Made by a program: the position numbers and the translations under genes. The notes under the pieces are model-generated. The model was not told the DNA's origin. It made no database searches and worked only from the letters and a program-made list of their open reading frames with translations. A DNA stretch of 64,000 nt from Candidatus Omnitrophota bacterium (GTDB lineage: Bacteria; Omnitrophota; Gorgyraeia; JABMRN01; RBG-13-46-9), in NCBI GenBank assembly GCA_030605095.1, contig JAUWBJ010000001.1, positions 10,942 to 74,941 on the forward strand, given 5' to 3'. The stretch's first letter is position 1, and every line of letters begins with the position of its first letter. This document shows positions 18,811 to 27,794 of this stretch, one piece after another.

Positions 18811-19212
18811 ATGAAGACGGCAATCTCTACAGACGGAGATTATGTATCTGCACATTTCGGAAGGTGCCCCCATTTTACTATTTTGGATATAGAAAATGGA
18901 GAAATCGTAAAAAAAGAGATCATTCCCAACCCGGGTCATTCCCCGGGATTTATCCCTCAATTTCTGCATGAAAAAGGCGTTAAAGCCATCATAGCAGGGG
19001 GAATGGGTATGCGCGCAACAGGATTTTTCAGTGAATTGGGGATAGAGGCAATTGTCGGAATTAGTGGTAAAATAGACGATGTAATTACTCAACTTCTCAA
19101 AGGCACTTTAAAAGGCGGAGAAAGTTTATGTAAACCCGGTTCGGGCAAAGGATATGGTGTAGAGAAGACAGAATGCGAACATCCGGAAGAAAAGGAAGGT
19201 GAAGAAAAATGA
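18811..19212 (+). CDS. NifX/NifB-C-terminal-like (dinitrogenase FeMo-cofactor-binding family) protein
   Basis: MKTAISTDGDYVSAHFGRCPHFTILD... typical Nitro_FeMo-Co fold N-terminus. Confidence 0.7.
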   Translation: MKTAISTDGDYVSAHFGRCPHFTILDIENGEIVKKEIIPNPGHSPGFIPQFLHEKGVKAIIAGGMGMRATGFFSELGIEAIVGISGKIDDVITQLLKGTLKGGESLCKPGSGKGYGVEKTECEHPEEKEGEEK

Positions 19213-19580
19213 AAATATGCGTAACTTCACAAGGGGATAATTTAGATTCGCAAGTTGATCCCCGGTTTGGAAGATGTCAATATTTTATTATCGTTGATAC
19301 AGATACACTTGAATTTGAGGCGATACAGAATCCGAATATCGATGCTATGGGTGGAGCCGGCATTCAGTCGGGACAACTTATAGCAGGGAAGCAAGTTAAA
19401 GCGGTTTTAACAGGCAATGTTGGCCCGAATGCATTTCAGACATTGCAGGCTGGCGGCGTTGAAGTTATTGTTGGTGTTTCCGGAAGCGTGAAAGAAATTG
19501 TAGAAAAATATAAAAAAGGCGAATTAAAACCCACTGATAACCCGAGCGTAGGTAGAAAATTCGGAATGGGACAAAAATAA
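19209..19580 (+). CDS. NifX/NifB-C-terminal-like protein (second copy)
   Basis: MKICVTSQGDNLDSQVDPRFGRCQYFIIVD; paralog of preceding gene. Confidence 0.7.
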   Translation: MKICVTSQGDNLDSQVDPRFGRCQYFIIVDTDTLEFEAIQNPNIDAMGGAGIQSGQLIAGKQVKAVLTGNVGPNAFQTLQAGGVEVIVGVSGSVKEIVEKYKKGELKPTDNPSVGRKFGMGQK

Positions 19581-19595
19581 TATCGGAGGTGTGTT

Positions 19596-19829
19596 ATGCC
19601 ATTTGGAGATGGGACAGGTCCATTAGGCCAAGGGCCGGGTACAGGAAGAAGAGGTATGGGTAGAGGCCGCGGACGTGGCAGGATGGGTGGTAATCGACCG
19701 GGCGCAGGACCGGGCGGATTCTGCATATGCCCTAATCCAGACTGCGGTGCAAAAGCAGCTCACGGGGTCGGTGTTCCCTGTTATAGCGTAAATTGTCCAA
19801 AATGTGGAGCAAAGATGGTCAGAGGATAA
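19596..19829 (+). CDS. DUF5320-like Gly-rich N-terminus fused to Zn-ribbon
   Basis: MPFGDGTGPLGQGPGTGRRGMGRGRGRGR then CICPNPDCG...CPKCG. Confidence 0.6.
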   Translation: MPFGDGTGPLGQGPGTGRRGMGRGRGRGRMGGNRPGAGPGGFCICPNPDCGAKAAHGVGVPCYSVNCPKCGAKMVRG

Positions 19830-19835
19830 CAATAT

Positions 19836-20660
19836 ATGATTATTTCTGTAGCCAGCGGTAAAGGCGGAACGGGCAAAACAACCGTTGCTGTAAATCTGGC
19901 ATTGTCAATACCAAATGTCCAGTTGCTGGATTGTGACGTAGAAGAACCCAACGCTCATATATTTATAAAACCCTCAATAAAAAACAGAATGCCTGTATTT
20001 ATCCTCGTTCCCGAAGTTGATAAAACCAGATGCAACTTTTGCGGGAAATGCAAGGAAGTCTGTGCTTATAATGCAATAGCCGTATTAAAGAAAGATGTTT
20101 TAGTATTTAAGGAGTTATGCCATGGATGTGGCGCCTGTGCCTACCTTTGCCCCGAAGGCGCGATAAAAGAAGTTAATAAAGAGATAGGTTTTGTGGAGAT
20201 TGGCGAAAAAGATAATCTCCAATTTGCGCATGGCAAGCTCAAAATTGGTGAAGCAATGTCACCGCCCCTTATCAAGGCGGTGAAACAATATATGAATCCC
20301 ACCAGAACGGTTATCGTTGACATTCCACCCGGCACATCGTGCCCTGTCATTGAAGCAATAAAAAGAAGTGATTATTGCGTTTTAGTTACTGAACCTACCC
20401 CTTTTGGTCTATACGACCTTATTCTAGCGATTGAAGTCATAAGAAAACTTAAAATTCCTTTCGGCGTTGTTATCAATCGAGCTGATTTAGGGAATAGAAA
20501 AACAGAAGATTACTGCCATAAGGAAAATATACCTATACTTATGAAAATTCCTTTCAAGAAAGAAATAGCCAAAGCTTATTCCAGAGGCGAAATTATTATC
20601 GAAACTTTGCCGGAATATAAAAAGAGTTTTCAACAATTATTTAGTAAAATTGGAACATGA
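19836..20660 (+). CDS. MinD/ParA-family P-loop ATPase with 2x[4Fe-4S] ferredoxin insert
   Basis: SGKGGTGKTT Walker A (deviant), CNFCGKCKEVC and CHGCGACAYLCP motifs. Confidence 0.8.
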   Translation: MIISVASGKGGTGKTTVAVNLALSIPNVQLLDCDVEEPNAHIFIKPSIKNRMPVFILVPEVDKTRCNFCGKCKEVCAYNAIAVLKKDVLVFKELCHGCGACAYLCPEGAIKEVNKEIGFVEIGEKDNLQFAHGKLKIGEAMSPPLIKAVKQYMNPTRTVIVDIPPGTSCPVIEAIKRSDYCVLVTEPTPFGLYDLILAIEVIRKLKIPFGVVINRADLGNRKTEDYCHKENIPILMKIPFKKEIAKAYSRGEIIIETLPEYKKSFQQLFSKIGT

Positions 20661-20670
20661 TGGAAAGTAT

Positions 20671-21537
20671 ATGAAGCAAATTGTCGTAATAAGCGGTAAG
20701 GGCGGTACAGGCAAAACAGTCATTACGGGCGCTTTCGCCGCTTTAGCCAAGAATAAAGTTATGGCAGATTGCGATGTAGATGCCGCCGATTTACATCTTT
20801 TGCTTAAGCCAAAGATAAAAGAAAGAAATATATTTAAAAGCGGTGTAACGGCAGTTATTGACAAAAGTAAATGTACGGAGTGTGGTAAGTGTATCAAAAT
20901 TTGTCGGTTTAATGCCATAAACAAAGATTTTGTTGTGGACCCTATTTCTTGTGAAGGATGCGTTTTTTGTAGTTTTGTCTGTCCCGCGGAAGCCATTAAA
21001 ATGGAAAAAAATGTATCTGGAGAGTGGTTCATTTCGGATACCAGATTCGGCCCGATGGTTCACGCAAAACTTGGTATTGCCGAAGAAAATTCAGGAAAGC
21101 TGGTAAGCCTTGTCAGACAAAAGGCAAAGGAGATAGCCGAAAAGAGAAAATGTGACTGGGTTATCATCGATGGCGCGCCGGGGATAGGGTGTCCGGTAAT
21201 CGCCTCACTTACAGGTATTGATTGCGCATTGGTTATAACAGAGCCGACTTTATCGGGTTTACACGATGCCGATAGAGTTATAGGCGTGGCCAGGCATTTT
21301 GGAATCTTAGTTAAATTGGTTATAAATAAATATGATTTGAATATCGACATCACAAAGAAAATAGAGAACTATTGCCGGGATAACGATATTCAAGTTCTTG
21401 GTAAAGTCATTTTTGATAAATCTATAGTAAAAGCAATGGTAGAGGGAAAAACAATAATAGAATACAGAGACGGAAAGGCAAAGGAAGAGATCGCTGCAAT
21501 ATGGGACAGATTGCAAGAAATAAAAGAGAAGAGATAA
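20671..21537 (+). CDS. MinD/ParA-family P-loop ATPase with 2x[4Fe-4S] ferredoxin insert (second copy)
   Basis: SGKGGTGKTV, CTECGKCIKIC, CEGCVFCSFVCP; ATG 20671 (track start 20650). Confidence 0.8.
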   Translation: MKQIVVISGKGGTGKTVITGAFAALAKNKVMADCDVDAADLHLLLKPKIKERNIFKSGVTAVIDKSKCTECGKCIKICRFNAINKDFVVDPISCEGCVFCSFVCPAEAIKMEKNVSGEWFISDTRFGPMVHAKLGIAEENSGKLVSLVRQKAKEIAEKRKCDWVIIDGAPGIGCPVIASLTGIDCALVITEPTLSGLHDADRVIGVARHFGILVKLVINKYDLNIDITKKIENYCRDNDIQVLGKVIFDKSIVKAMVEGKTIIEYRDGKAKEEIAAIWDRLQEIKEKR

Positions 21538-21538
21538 A

Positions 21539-22249
21539 ATGGATAGAAGTTTATTAACAATAGTTTATGATAACCGATTATATGATAAAAGCCTGAAATC
21601 AGGATGGGGTTTTTCTTGTTTTATCGAACATTCAAACAAAAAGATTCTTTTTGATACCGGAAATGATTCAGAGAAACTGACTTTTAATTTAAAGAACCTG
21701 GAAATAAAATCTGAAGACTTAGACGCTATAGTTTTGTCGCATAATCATTGGGACCATACTGGCGGCCTTCAGGCCGTGCTTGGAAAAAACAAAGATTGCA
21801 AACTTTATTTTGGAAAATCCTATCCGGCTAGTTTTCAAGAGAAGATTAAATCACAAAGATTAAATTTTATTTTGGTTGAAGATATGCGCTCAATTACTGA
21901 AGGAATATTTGTCGGTCCGGAAATGGGAGGTTTTGGACCACGGGAAATTTCCTTAACAGTGCAAACAGATAAAGGTTTAGTTATAATTACAGGTTGCGCG
22001 CATCCGGGAATTTTAAAGATGGTGCGAGCGATTAAGAAAGAATTAAATAAGGATATTTATTTAGTCTTAGGCGGTTTTCATCTTGAATTTTCTCTGGGGT
22101 TAAATACAATAGTGAAAGGGCTTAAAAAAATAGGGGTTAAAAGAGCTGCTCCTTGCCATTGCACAGGCGAAAGGGCAATCAGTCTATTCGAGGAGAAATT
22201 CGGGAAAGATTTCATTAAAGTTGGCGGGGGATTAAAATTAGAGATTTGA
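21539..22249 (+). CDS. MBL-fold metallo-hydrolase
   Basis: HNHWDHTGG metallo-beta-lactamase motif. Confidence 0.7.
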   Translation: MDRSLLTIVYDNRLYDKSLKSGWGFSCFIEHSNKKILFDTGNDSEKLTFNLKNLEIKSEDLDAIVLSHNHWDHTGGLQAVLGKNKDCKLYFGKSYPASFQEKIKSQRLNFILVEDMRSITEGIFVGPEMGGFGPREISLTVQTDKGLVIITGCAHPGILKMVRAIKKELNKDIYLVLGGFHLEFSLGLNTIVKGLKKIGVKRAAPCHCTGERAISLFEEKFGKDFIKVGGGLKLEI

Positions 22250-22256
22250 GAATAAA

Positions 22257-23174
22257 ATGAGGACGTATTTAGATTGCATACCGTGTTTTTTCAAACAGGC
22301 GCTTGAGGCAGCCAGGCTTGCCGGCGCAGGCCCAAGGACACAAAAGAAAATAGTAAATGAACTAGCCAAAGTTTTACCAAAATTTTCTTTAGCTTCATCT
22401 CCGCCTGAAATGGGTCGAATTGTTTATGGATTGGTCAGGAAGATAACCCATCAAGAGGATCCTTATAAAAAAATAAAAGCCAAAAGCAATAAGCTTGCTC
22501 TCAGACTTTATAATAAGCTCAAGGATAAGGTGCGGCATTCTAATAATAGATTATTGACAGCGCTTGAATTAGCTATTGCCGGAAATATAATTGACTATGG
22601 GGTAAAAAACTCCTTAGACGTGGATAAAGAGCTGAAAAGAATTTTAAACGAAGAGAATAAAGCTATTAAAAATGAGAGCAAAGAGCTATTTAATTATTCC
22701 GAATTTAAACATGCCTTGCGTAATGCCGAAACTATTCTCTATTTAGGCGATAACGCAGGAGAAACAGTTTTTGACAGAATTTTAATCGAAGAAATAAAGA
22801 GATTGCATAAAAATAAAAGAATCATTTATGCTGTCAAAGAGAGGCCTGTAATTAACGACGCTTTAATTGAAGATGCGAAAAAATGCAGTATTGATAAAGT
22901 AGCGGAGGTGATCTCAAGCGGATTAGACACGCCCGGCACAGTCCTTCCTTTTTGTTCAAAGAAATTTTTGAAAATTTATAAAGAAGCAGATATACTTATC
23001 AGCAAAGGCCAGGGAAACTTTGAGGCCTTATCCGATGAGAAAAAGGCGATTTTCTTCCTGTTTATGGCTAAGTGCCCGGTAGTTGCCAGAGATATAGGAT
23101 GTAACGTTGGAGATATAATCTTACTTTATAGCAAACATAGAAGAAATTGGATGAAATTGAAACTCGGGAGGTGA
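22257..23174 (+). CDS. DUF89 / ARMT1-like damage-control phosphatase family protein
   Basis: N-terminal YLDCIPCF, conserved DNAGE..D region typical of DUF89. Confidence 0.6.
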   Translation: MRTYLDCIPCFFKQALEAARLAGAGPRTQKKIVNELAKVLPKFSLASSPPEMGRIVYGLVRKITHQEDPYKKIKAKSNKLALRLYNKLKDKVRHSNNRLLTALELAIAGNIIDYGVKNSLDVDKELKRILNEENKAIKNESKELFNYSEFKHALRNAETILYLGDNAGETVFDRILIEEIKRLHKNKRIIYAVKERPVINDALIEDAKKCSIDKVAEVISSGLDTPGTVLPFCSKKFLKIYKEADILISKGQGNFEALSDEKKAIFFLFMAKCPVVARDIGCNVGDIILLYSKHRRNWMKLKLGR

Positions 23175-23177
23175 CGG

Positions 23178-23813
23178 ATGAAAAATAATATCAGACATGT
23201 TTTTAGTGAATTAAAAGATCATCTTCCTTATAGTATATTCAGTGTTGCTACAGGAATGATAATTTTAGGTCTTCTTACTTTTGGCGCACAGATTTTAGGT
23301 TCGATTAATATCTCCGGTCCATCAAGAGGTCTTTTCCATGTTTTTCATCCTATACATATTCTTTTCAGCGCTACCGCAACAACCGCTATGTTCTGGCGGC
23401 ATGAAAAAAGATTTTTAAAAGCCATAATAATCGGTTTTATCGGAGCAGTAGGCATATGCGGGATAAGTGATATATTTATACCGTATATCGCCGGGTTTCT
23501 CCTTGGCGTTAAAATGCACCTTCATATATGCATTATTGAACATCCGTTTCTTATCCTTCCTTTTGTGATCACAGGTATATTTGCAGGTCTTATAATTCCG
23601 GCTACAACGCAAAAAAGCACTCTTTTCTCGCATGCCGCGCATGTCTTTGTAAGTGGCATGGCTTCCATTCTTTACCTGATAGGCTTTGGTCTTACCGAAT
23701 GGATTCCCGTTGCCGGAATGGTATTTGTTTATATGCTTTTAGCCGTTATCATTCCCTGTTGCACGTCAGATATTGTCTTTCCCTTGCTTCTAACCAAAAA
23801 AGCGGAAACATAA
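23178..23813 (+). CDS. His-rich polytopic membrane protein, possible metal (Ni/Co) transporter
   Basis: Six predicted TM segments with several His pairs (HVFHPIH, HLHICIIEH); located immediately upstream of nikR. Confidence 0.35.
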   Translation: MKNNIRHVFSELKDHLPYSIFSVATGMIILGLLTFGAQILGSINISGPSRGLFHVFHPIHILFSATATTAMFWRHEKRFLKAIIIGFIGAVGICGISDIFIPYIAGFLLGVKMHLHICIIEHPFLILPFVITGIFAGLIIPATTQKSTLFSHAAHVFVSGMASILYLIGFGLTEWIPVAGMVFVYMLLAVIIPCCTSDIVFPLLLTKKAET

Positions 23814-23823
23814 TAAAAAATAC

Positions 23824-23853
23824 TTGACACAACCCTCGCTGTGTGTTACTATT
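23824..23853 (+). promoter_or_regulatory. sigma70-like promoter TTGACA-N18-TACTAT upstream of nikR
   Basis: Consensus -35, near-consensus -10, about 35 nt upstream of ATG 23888. Confidence 0.55.
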
Positions 23854-23887
23854 TACAAAAACGTAACACCATGACAGGAGAAAAACT

Positions 23888-24304
23888 ATGCCGAAACTAG
23901 TGCGCTTCGGGATATCGCTGGAAAAAGAACTTCTCGCAAAATTCGACAAACACATAAGCAAAAAGAAATACCAAAATCGCTCTGAAGCTATAAGAGACCT
24001 TATTAGAGAAGAAATTGTTAAGACAGAGTGGTTAAAAGATAAAGAGGTTGCCGGAACAATTACCCTTGTTTATGACCACCACAAGAGGGAACTGATAAAC
24101 AAACTGACCGATATCCAACATGATTTCCACGAACTTATTATTTCTACCCAACATATTCACCTCGACCACGATAATTGTTTAGAGATCATCGCCGTTAAAA
24201 GTAAACCTAAAGAAGCCCAGAAGTTAGCCGATACCTTAAAATCGATTAAAGGTGTAAAACACGAAACTTTAAGTATGTCGAGTACGGGAAAGGAGATTAT
24301 ATGA
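23888..24304 (+). CDS. nikR: nickel-responsive regulator NikR
   Basis: RHH N-terminus (NRSEAIRDLIRE) and HIHLDHDNCLEI nickel-site motif matching NikR HxHxxHxxC. Confidence 0.9.
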   Translation: MPKLVRFGISLEKELLAKFDKHISKKKYQNRSEAIRDLIREEIVKTEWLKDKEVAGTITLVYDHHKRELINKLTDIQHDFHELIISTQHIHLDHDNCLEIIAVKSKPKEAQKLADTLKSIKGVKHETLSMSSTGKEII

Positions 24305-25056
24305 GAGAGAAACTATTTAAAACCGGTTTAATTTTGATTTTATATTTATTAGCTTTTCCGTCGGTTGTTTTTGCAGTAAGACCTTTATCTACCGACGATG
24401 CAGGTACGGTGGGAAGGATGCATTTTGAAATTGAATCCGGATTTGAATATGCGGATGCGACAAACAATGAATCTACATGGGCTACAGCTTTAAAATACGG
24501 CCTTCTCGAGAAATTAGATATAGCTATAGAAATCCCTTATCAATATATTAATAATTGCGATGATGAGGACGGGTTAGGTGATATTACTTTTTCTTCTAAA
24601 TATCATTTTTTAGAAGAGACTGAAGGCCTACCTGCCATGGCTATCAGTTCCAGCATTAAGACAAAGACGGGAAACGACGATAAAAACTTAGGCACAGGCG
24701 AGATGGATTATAGTGCGACTGCTATATTGACCAAAGAGTTGGATAACATCACTGGCCATAAAATCATTGCCCATTTAAATTTAGGATATACATATACGGA
24801 TAAAAGCCACGATGATATATTTTCTTACGGCTTGGCAGTGGAATACCCATTTAATAATAGATTAAATCTGGTGGGAGAACTTACCGGCGAGACGACAAAT
24901 TTTGAAGGAGATTTTAACGATAACCCGTTTGCAGCTCTTATGGGTTTTAACTACGCGTTTTCGGAACTGTTAAGATTTGATTTTGGTATGAGTGTAGGAA
25001 TATCCGAGGCCAGTCCTGATTATACGATTATCACTGGCCTGACACTGTCATTTTAA
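24301..25056 (+). CDS. secreted/outer-membrane beta-barrel-like protein (MetA-pathway/transporter-like family)
   Basis: Signal peptide, alternating amphipathic strands, C-terminal aromatic residue; overlaps nikR stop, so likely co-transcribed with nikR. Confidence 0.45.
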   Translation: MREKLFKTGLILILYLLAFPSVVFAVRPLSTDDAGTVGRMHFEIESGFEYADATNNESTWATALKYGLLEKLDIAIEIPYQYINNCDDEDGLGDITFSSKYHFLEETEGLPAMAISSSIKTKTGNDDKNLGTGEMDYSATAILTKELDNITGHKIIAHLNLGYTYTDKSHDDIFSYGLAVEYPFNNRLNLVGELTGETTNFEGDFNDNPFAALMGFNYAFSELLRFDFGMSVGISEASPDYTIITGLTLSF

Positions 25057-25074
25057 AAAGAAAGGAGGACTAAC

Positions 25075-25362
25075 ATGTGTTATACCGCACCATTAGTAGG
25101 AGCTATAGTTACATCTGTAGCATGGAGCAAGACAAAAAGTGTGAAAATTTGGTGGTTGACCCTGATGTTTTACGGAGGCGCATTGTTCGGAGTAATAGAC
25201 CATCTCTGGAACGGTGAGCTATTCCTTATCTCCGAAAACATAATCAGCGATTTGTTGTTAGGGGTAACTATTACAGCCATTATTTTCGTCTCTTGGGGGA
25301 TAGCTGTTATATCTAGCAAGACGAACCCTACGTTAGCGAAGTATATAAACGTCAAGAGCTAA
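25075..25362 (+). CDS. small membrane protein
   Basis: 95 aa, three hydrophobic segments, GGAGG RBS. Confidence 0.5.
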   Translation: MCYTAPLVGAIVTSVAWSKTKSVKIWWLTLMFYGGALFGVIDHLWNGELFLISENIISDLLLGVTITAIIFVSWGIAVISSKTNPTLAKYINVKS

Positions 25363-25413
25363 TCCATAAATTTTAATTCAAAAAATACACATTATAGGGT
25401 ATAATAATGCCCT

Positions 25414-26721
25414 ATGAGAAAAAATTTATGCGTTGGCATATTAAGCGAAACCAGGTACGATGAAAAGCGCACGCCCCTCGACCCTTCCGATGTAAAGTGG
25501 CTTGTTAAAAGGGGCGTTAAAGTCGAGATCGAATCCAGCCCACGCCGCGCTTTCAAGGATAATGAGTATAAAGCGGCCGGCGCAAAGATTTTGAATCGGT
25601 TCCGGAACGCTACACTTCTCTTGGGAATTAAAGGCCCGCCCGTCGAAGGTTTATACCCGAATAAAATCTACATGGTTTTTTCGCATACCGTAAAAGGCCA
25701 ATCCCATAATATGCCCCTTCTTAAGGCCTGCCTCAAAAAAAATACTACCTTGATTGACTATGAGAAAATTGTGGATTTACAAGGGAAGCGGCTTGTTTAC
25801 TTTGGAAGATTCGCGGGGATCTGTGGATTGATTGATAGCTTGCATTATCTGGGAAAAAGGCTAGAGCGGGAGGGGCTTAAGAATCCCTTCTCATTAATTC
25901 AGCCGACATATAGATACGGGTCATTGAAAGAGGTAAAGAAGGCCGTCGCAGAACTCGGTGATAAAATCCGGACTAAAGGGTTTATTAAAAGATTAAGCCC
26001 GTTTATCATTGGTATTACAGGGCATGGCCGCGTCTCAGGCGGCGTGCAGGAAATACTAGAACCATTGAATCCTATAGAAATCCATCCGAGGGATATGACG
26101 CGATTTATTAAACATCAAAAAAGAATGCGGCATAAAATATATAAGATTGTTTTTCTGCGTGAAGAGAAATTCAGGTCCAAAGACGGCAAGGGCTTTTATT
26201 TTGAGGAATATCTCAAAAACCCCAAAAGATTTGAATCCAACCTGGACGCCTACCTCCCGTATCTCAATATGCTTATTCACACCAGCTATTGGGACAGCCG
26301 CTATCCGCGACTGGTTACCAAAAAGATGATTGATAAATTGAGTAGAAATAAGCCTTTCCGATTAAGATTTATCGCAGATATATCCTGCGATGTTAACGGT
26401 TCGATCGAACTTACCTATAAGACCACAACGATAAGTAATCCCATATTTACCTACGATCCGCATAATAAAAAGTTTGCCGGTGGAGATTCACCACAGGGCA
26501 TTGGTATTTTAGCGGTGGATAACCTGCCGGCAGAATTACCAAAGGACGCCTCACGGGAATTCTCAGGCCTTATCCGCGATTATGTCTATCAGATTGCGAT
26601 ACATGGCGCGCGCGATATAACAAACCACGCTGCCCTGCCAACCGAGATACGCAGGGCCGTTATTATACAAGGCGGTAAAATAACCCGGGATTTCAAGCAC
26701 TTAAAAAAATGGGTAAAATAA
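25414..26721 (+). CDS. AlaDH/PNT-fold dehydrogenase, saccharopine dehydrogenase (LYS1)-like
   Basis: N-terminus IGILSETRYDEKRTPLDPSDVKWLVKRGVKVEIESSPRRAFKDNEYKAAGAKI parallels LYS1/AlaDH N-domain. Confidence 0.55.
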   Translation: MRKNLCVGILSETRYDEKRTPLDPSDVKWLVKRGVKVEIESSPRRAFKDNEYKAAGAKILNRFRNATLLLGIKGPPVEGLYPNKIYMVFSHTVKGQSHNMPLLKACLKKNTTLIDYEKIVDLQGKRLVYFGRFAGICGLIDSLHYLGKRLEREGLKNPFSLIQPTYRYGSLKEVKKAVAELGDKIRTKGFIKRLSPFIIGITGHGRVSGGVQEILEPLNPIEIHPRDMTRFIKHQKRMRHKIYKIVFLREEKFRSKDGKGFYFEEYLKNPKRFESNLDAYLPYLNMLIHTSYWDSRYPRLVTKKMIDKLSRNKPFRLRFIADISCDVNGSIELTYKTTTISNPIFTYDPHNKKFAGGDSPQGIGILAVDNLPAELPKDASREFSGLIRDYVYQIAIHGARDITNHAALPTEIRRAVIIQGGKITRDFKHLKKWVK

Positions 26722-27794
26722 AAGAACGGATTACAATTTTAGCTATCGGAGATAGAGTTGACCATGACTCATATAAAAAATTCCATAAAGAAAAAGCTTT
26801 TATTTTGAAATCCGGCTTCGATTATGCAAGTATAGATTACGAACGATTTTTAATCAGGGGCGCCCCACTGATAAAAACAAAAAAAGTTATTGTATTTTTG
26901 TTTTTTCCGTTTATCTATTGGAATAAATACATAGAGCATAAAAACTATAAAGGCATATATGGTAACCACAGCTTTTATAAGAAATTTGTCCTTTTTTGGA
27001 ACAAAGTAGAAAAAGCCCTTAAAGATTCCTTGCTGGATAAAGAGGTATTTTTTGTAAATTCCCCTCACTTTTGCGGGTTATATAGAGATAAAATTGAGGT
27101 AACAAGGAAATTTTCGCATGAGCGCATCCCCGATCCGAGATTATACAATATACACAGCGTCAAAAAACTTAAGAATTTACTCGATAAAGGGCATAGCCTT
27201 TTTCTGAAACCCCGATATGGCTCAATGGGGAAGGGCATTACATATTTAACCTGGTCAAACTGGCAGACAAATTTCATATTCAAGAATGGTAAGATAATAA
27301 GTAAAAAATCCGATCATGGATGGAAATTCAGGGATATCACAGGAAACAACGCATTTTTACATAAACTTATCAAGAAAGATATTTTAATAGAGAAAGCGGT
27401 GGATTCGTTACTTCTGAAAAAAATGAAAGTAGATATGCGAATATATACGTTCTTTAACAAAGTTACCTATATCTATCCCCGCAGGAATAGAGCCGATAGC
27501 ATTACGACAAACATTTCTCAGGGCGCCAAGGGCGATCCAAGTATTTTGCAAAGATTACCGAAGGATTTAGTAAAGAAAGCAAAAAAACTGGCTTCGAAGG
27601 TATCAGCGGTCTTAGGGCTAAATTTAGCGGGCATGGATATCATGATGGATAGCAATCTTAAGGATATATATGTTATAGACGTGAATCTTTTTCCGGGGTT
27701 TCCCAAAAGAAAAACGTTTAATCTTACGCAACGCATGGTTAGAGACCTGGCAAAATTGACCGCAAAGGGGGTAATAGGTTATGAATCTTTCTAA
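26709..27794 (+). CDS. ATP-grasp family ligase (YheC/D- or TTL-like)
   Basis: LFLKPRYGSMGKGI ATP-grasp motif; downstream Mg-binding region; overlaps preceding gene. Confidence 0.6.
   Translation: MGKIKERITILAIGDRVDHDSYKKFHKEKAFILKSGFDYASIDYERFLIRGAPLIKTKKVIVFLFFPFIYWNKYIEHKNYKGIYGNHSFYKKFVLFWNKVEKALKDSLLDKEVFFVNSPHFCGLYRDKIEVTRKFSHERIPDPRLYNIHSVKKLKNLLDKGHSLFLKPRYGSMGKGITYLTWSNWQTNFIFKNGKIISKKSDHGWKFRDITGNNAFLHKLIKKDILIEKAVDSLLLKKMKVDMRIYTFFNKVTYIYPRRNRADSITTNISQGAKGDPSILQRLPKDLVKKAKKLASKVSAVLGLNLAGMDIMMDSNLKDIYVIDVNLFPGFPKRKTFNLTQRMVRDLAKLTAKGVIGYESF

Noticed and set aside
25380-25420. Small hairpin ATAGGG-N10-CCCTAT overlapping the ATG of the LYS1-like gene
   Set aside because: Only 6 bp, and it overlaps a TATAAT-like -10 element. 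It probably reflects promoter sequence rather than a structured regulator.
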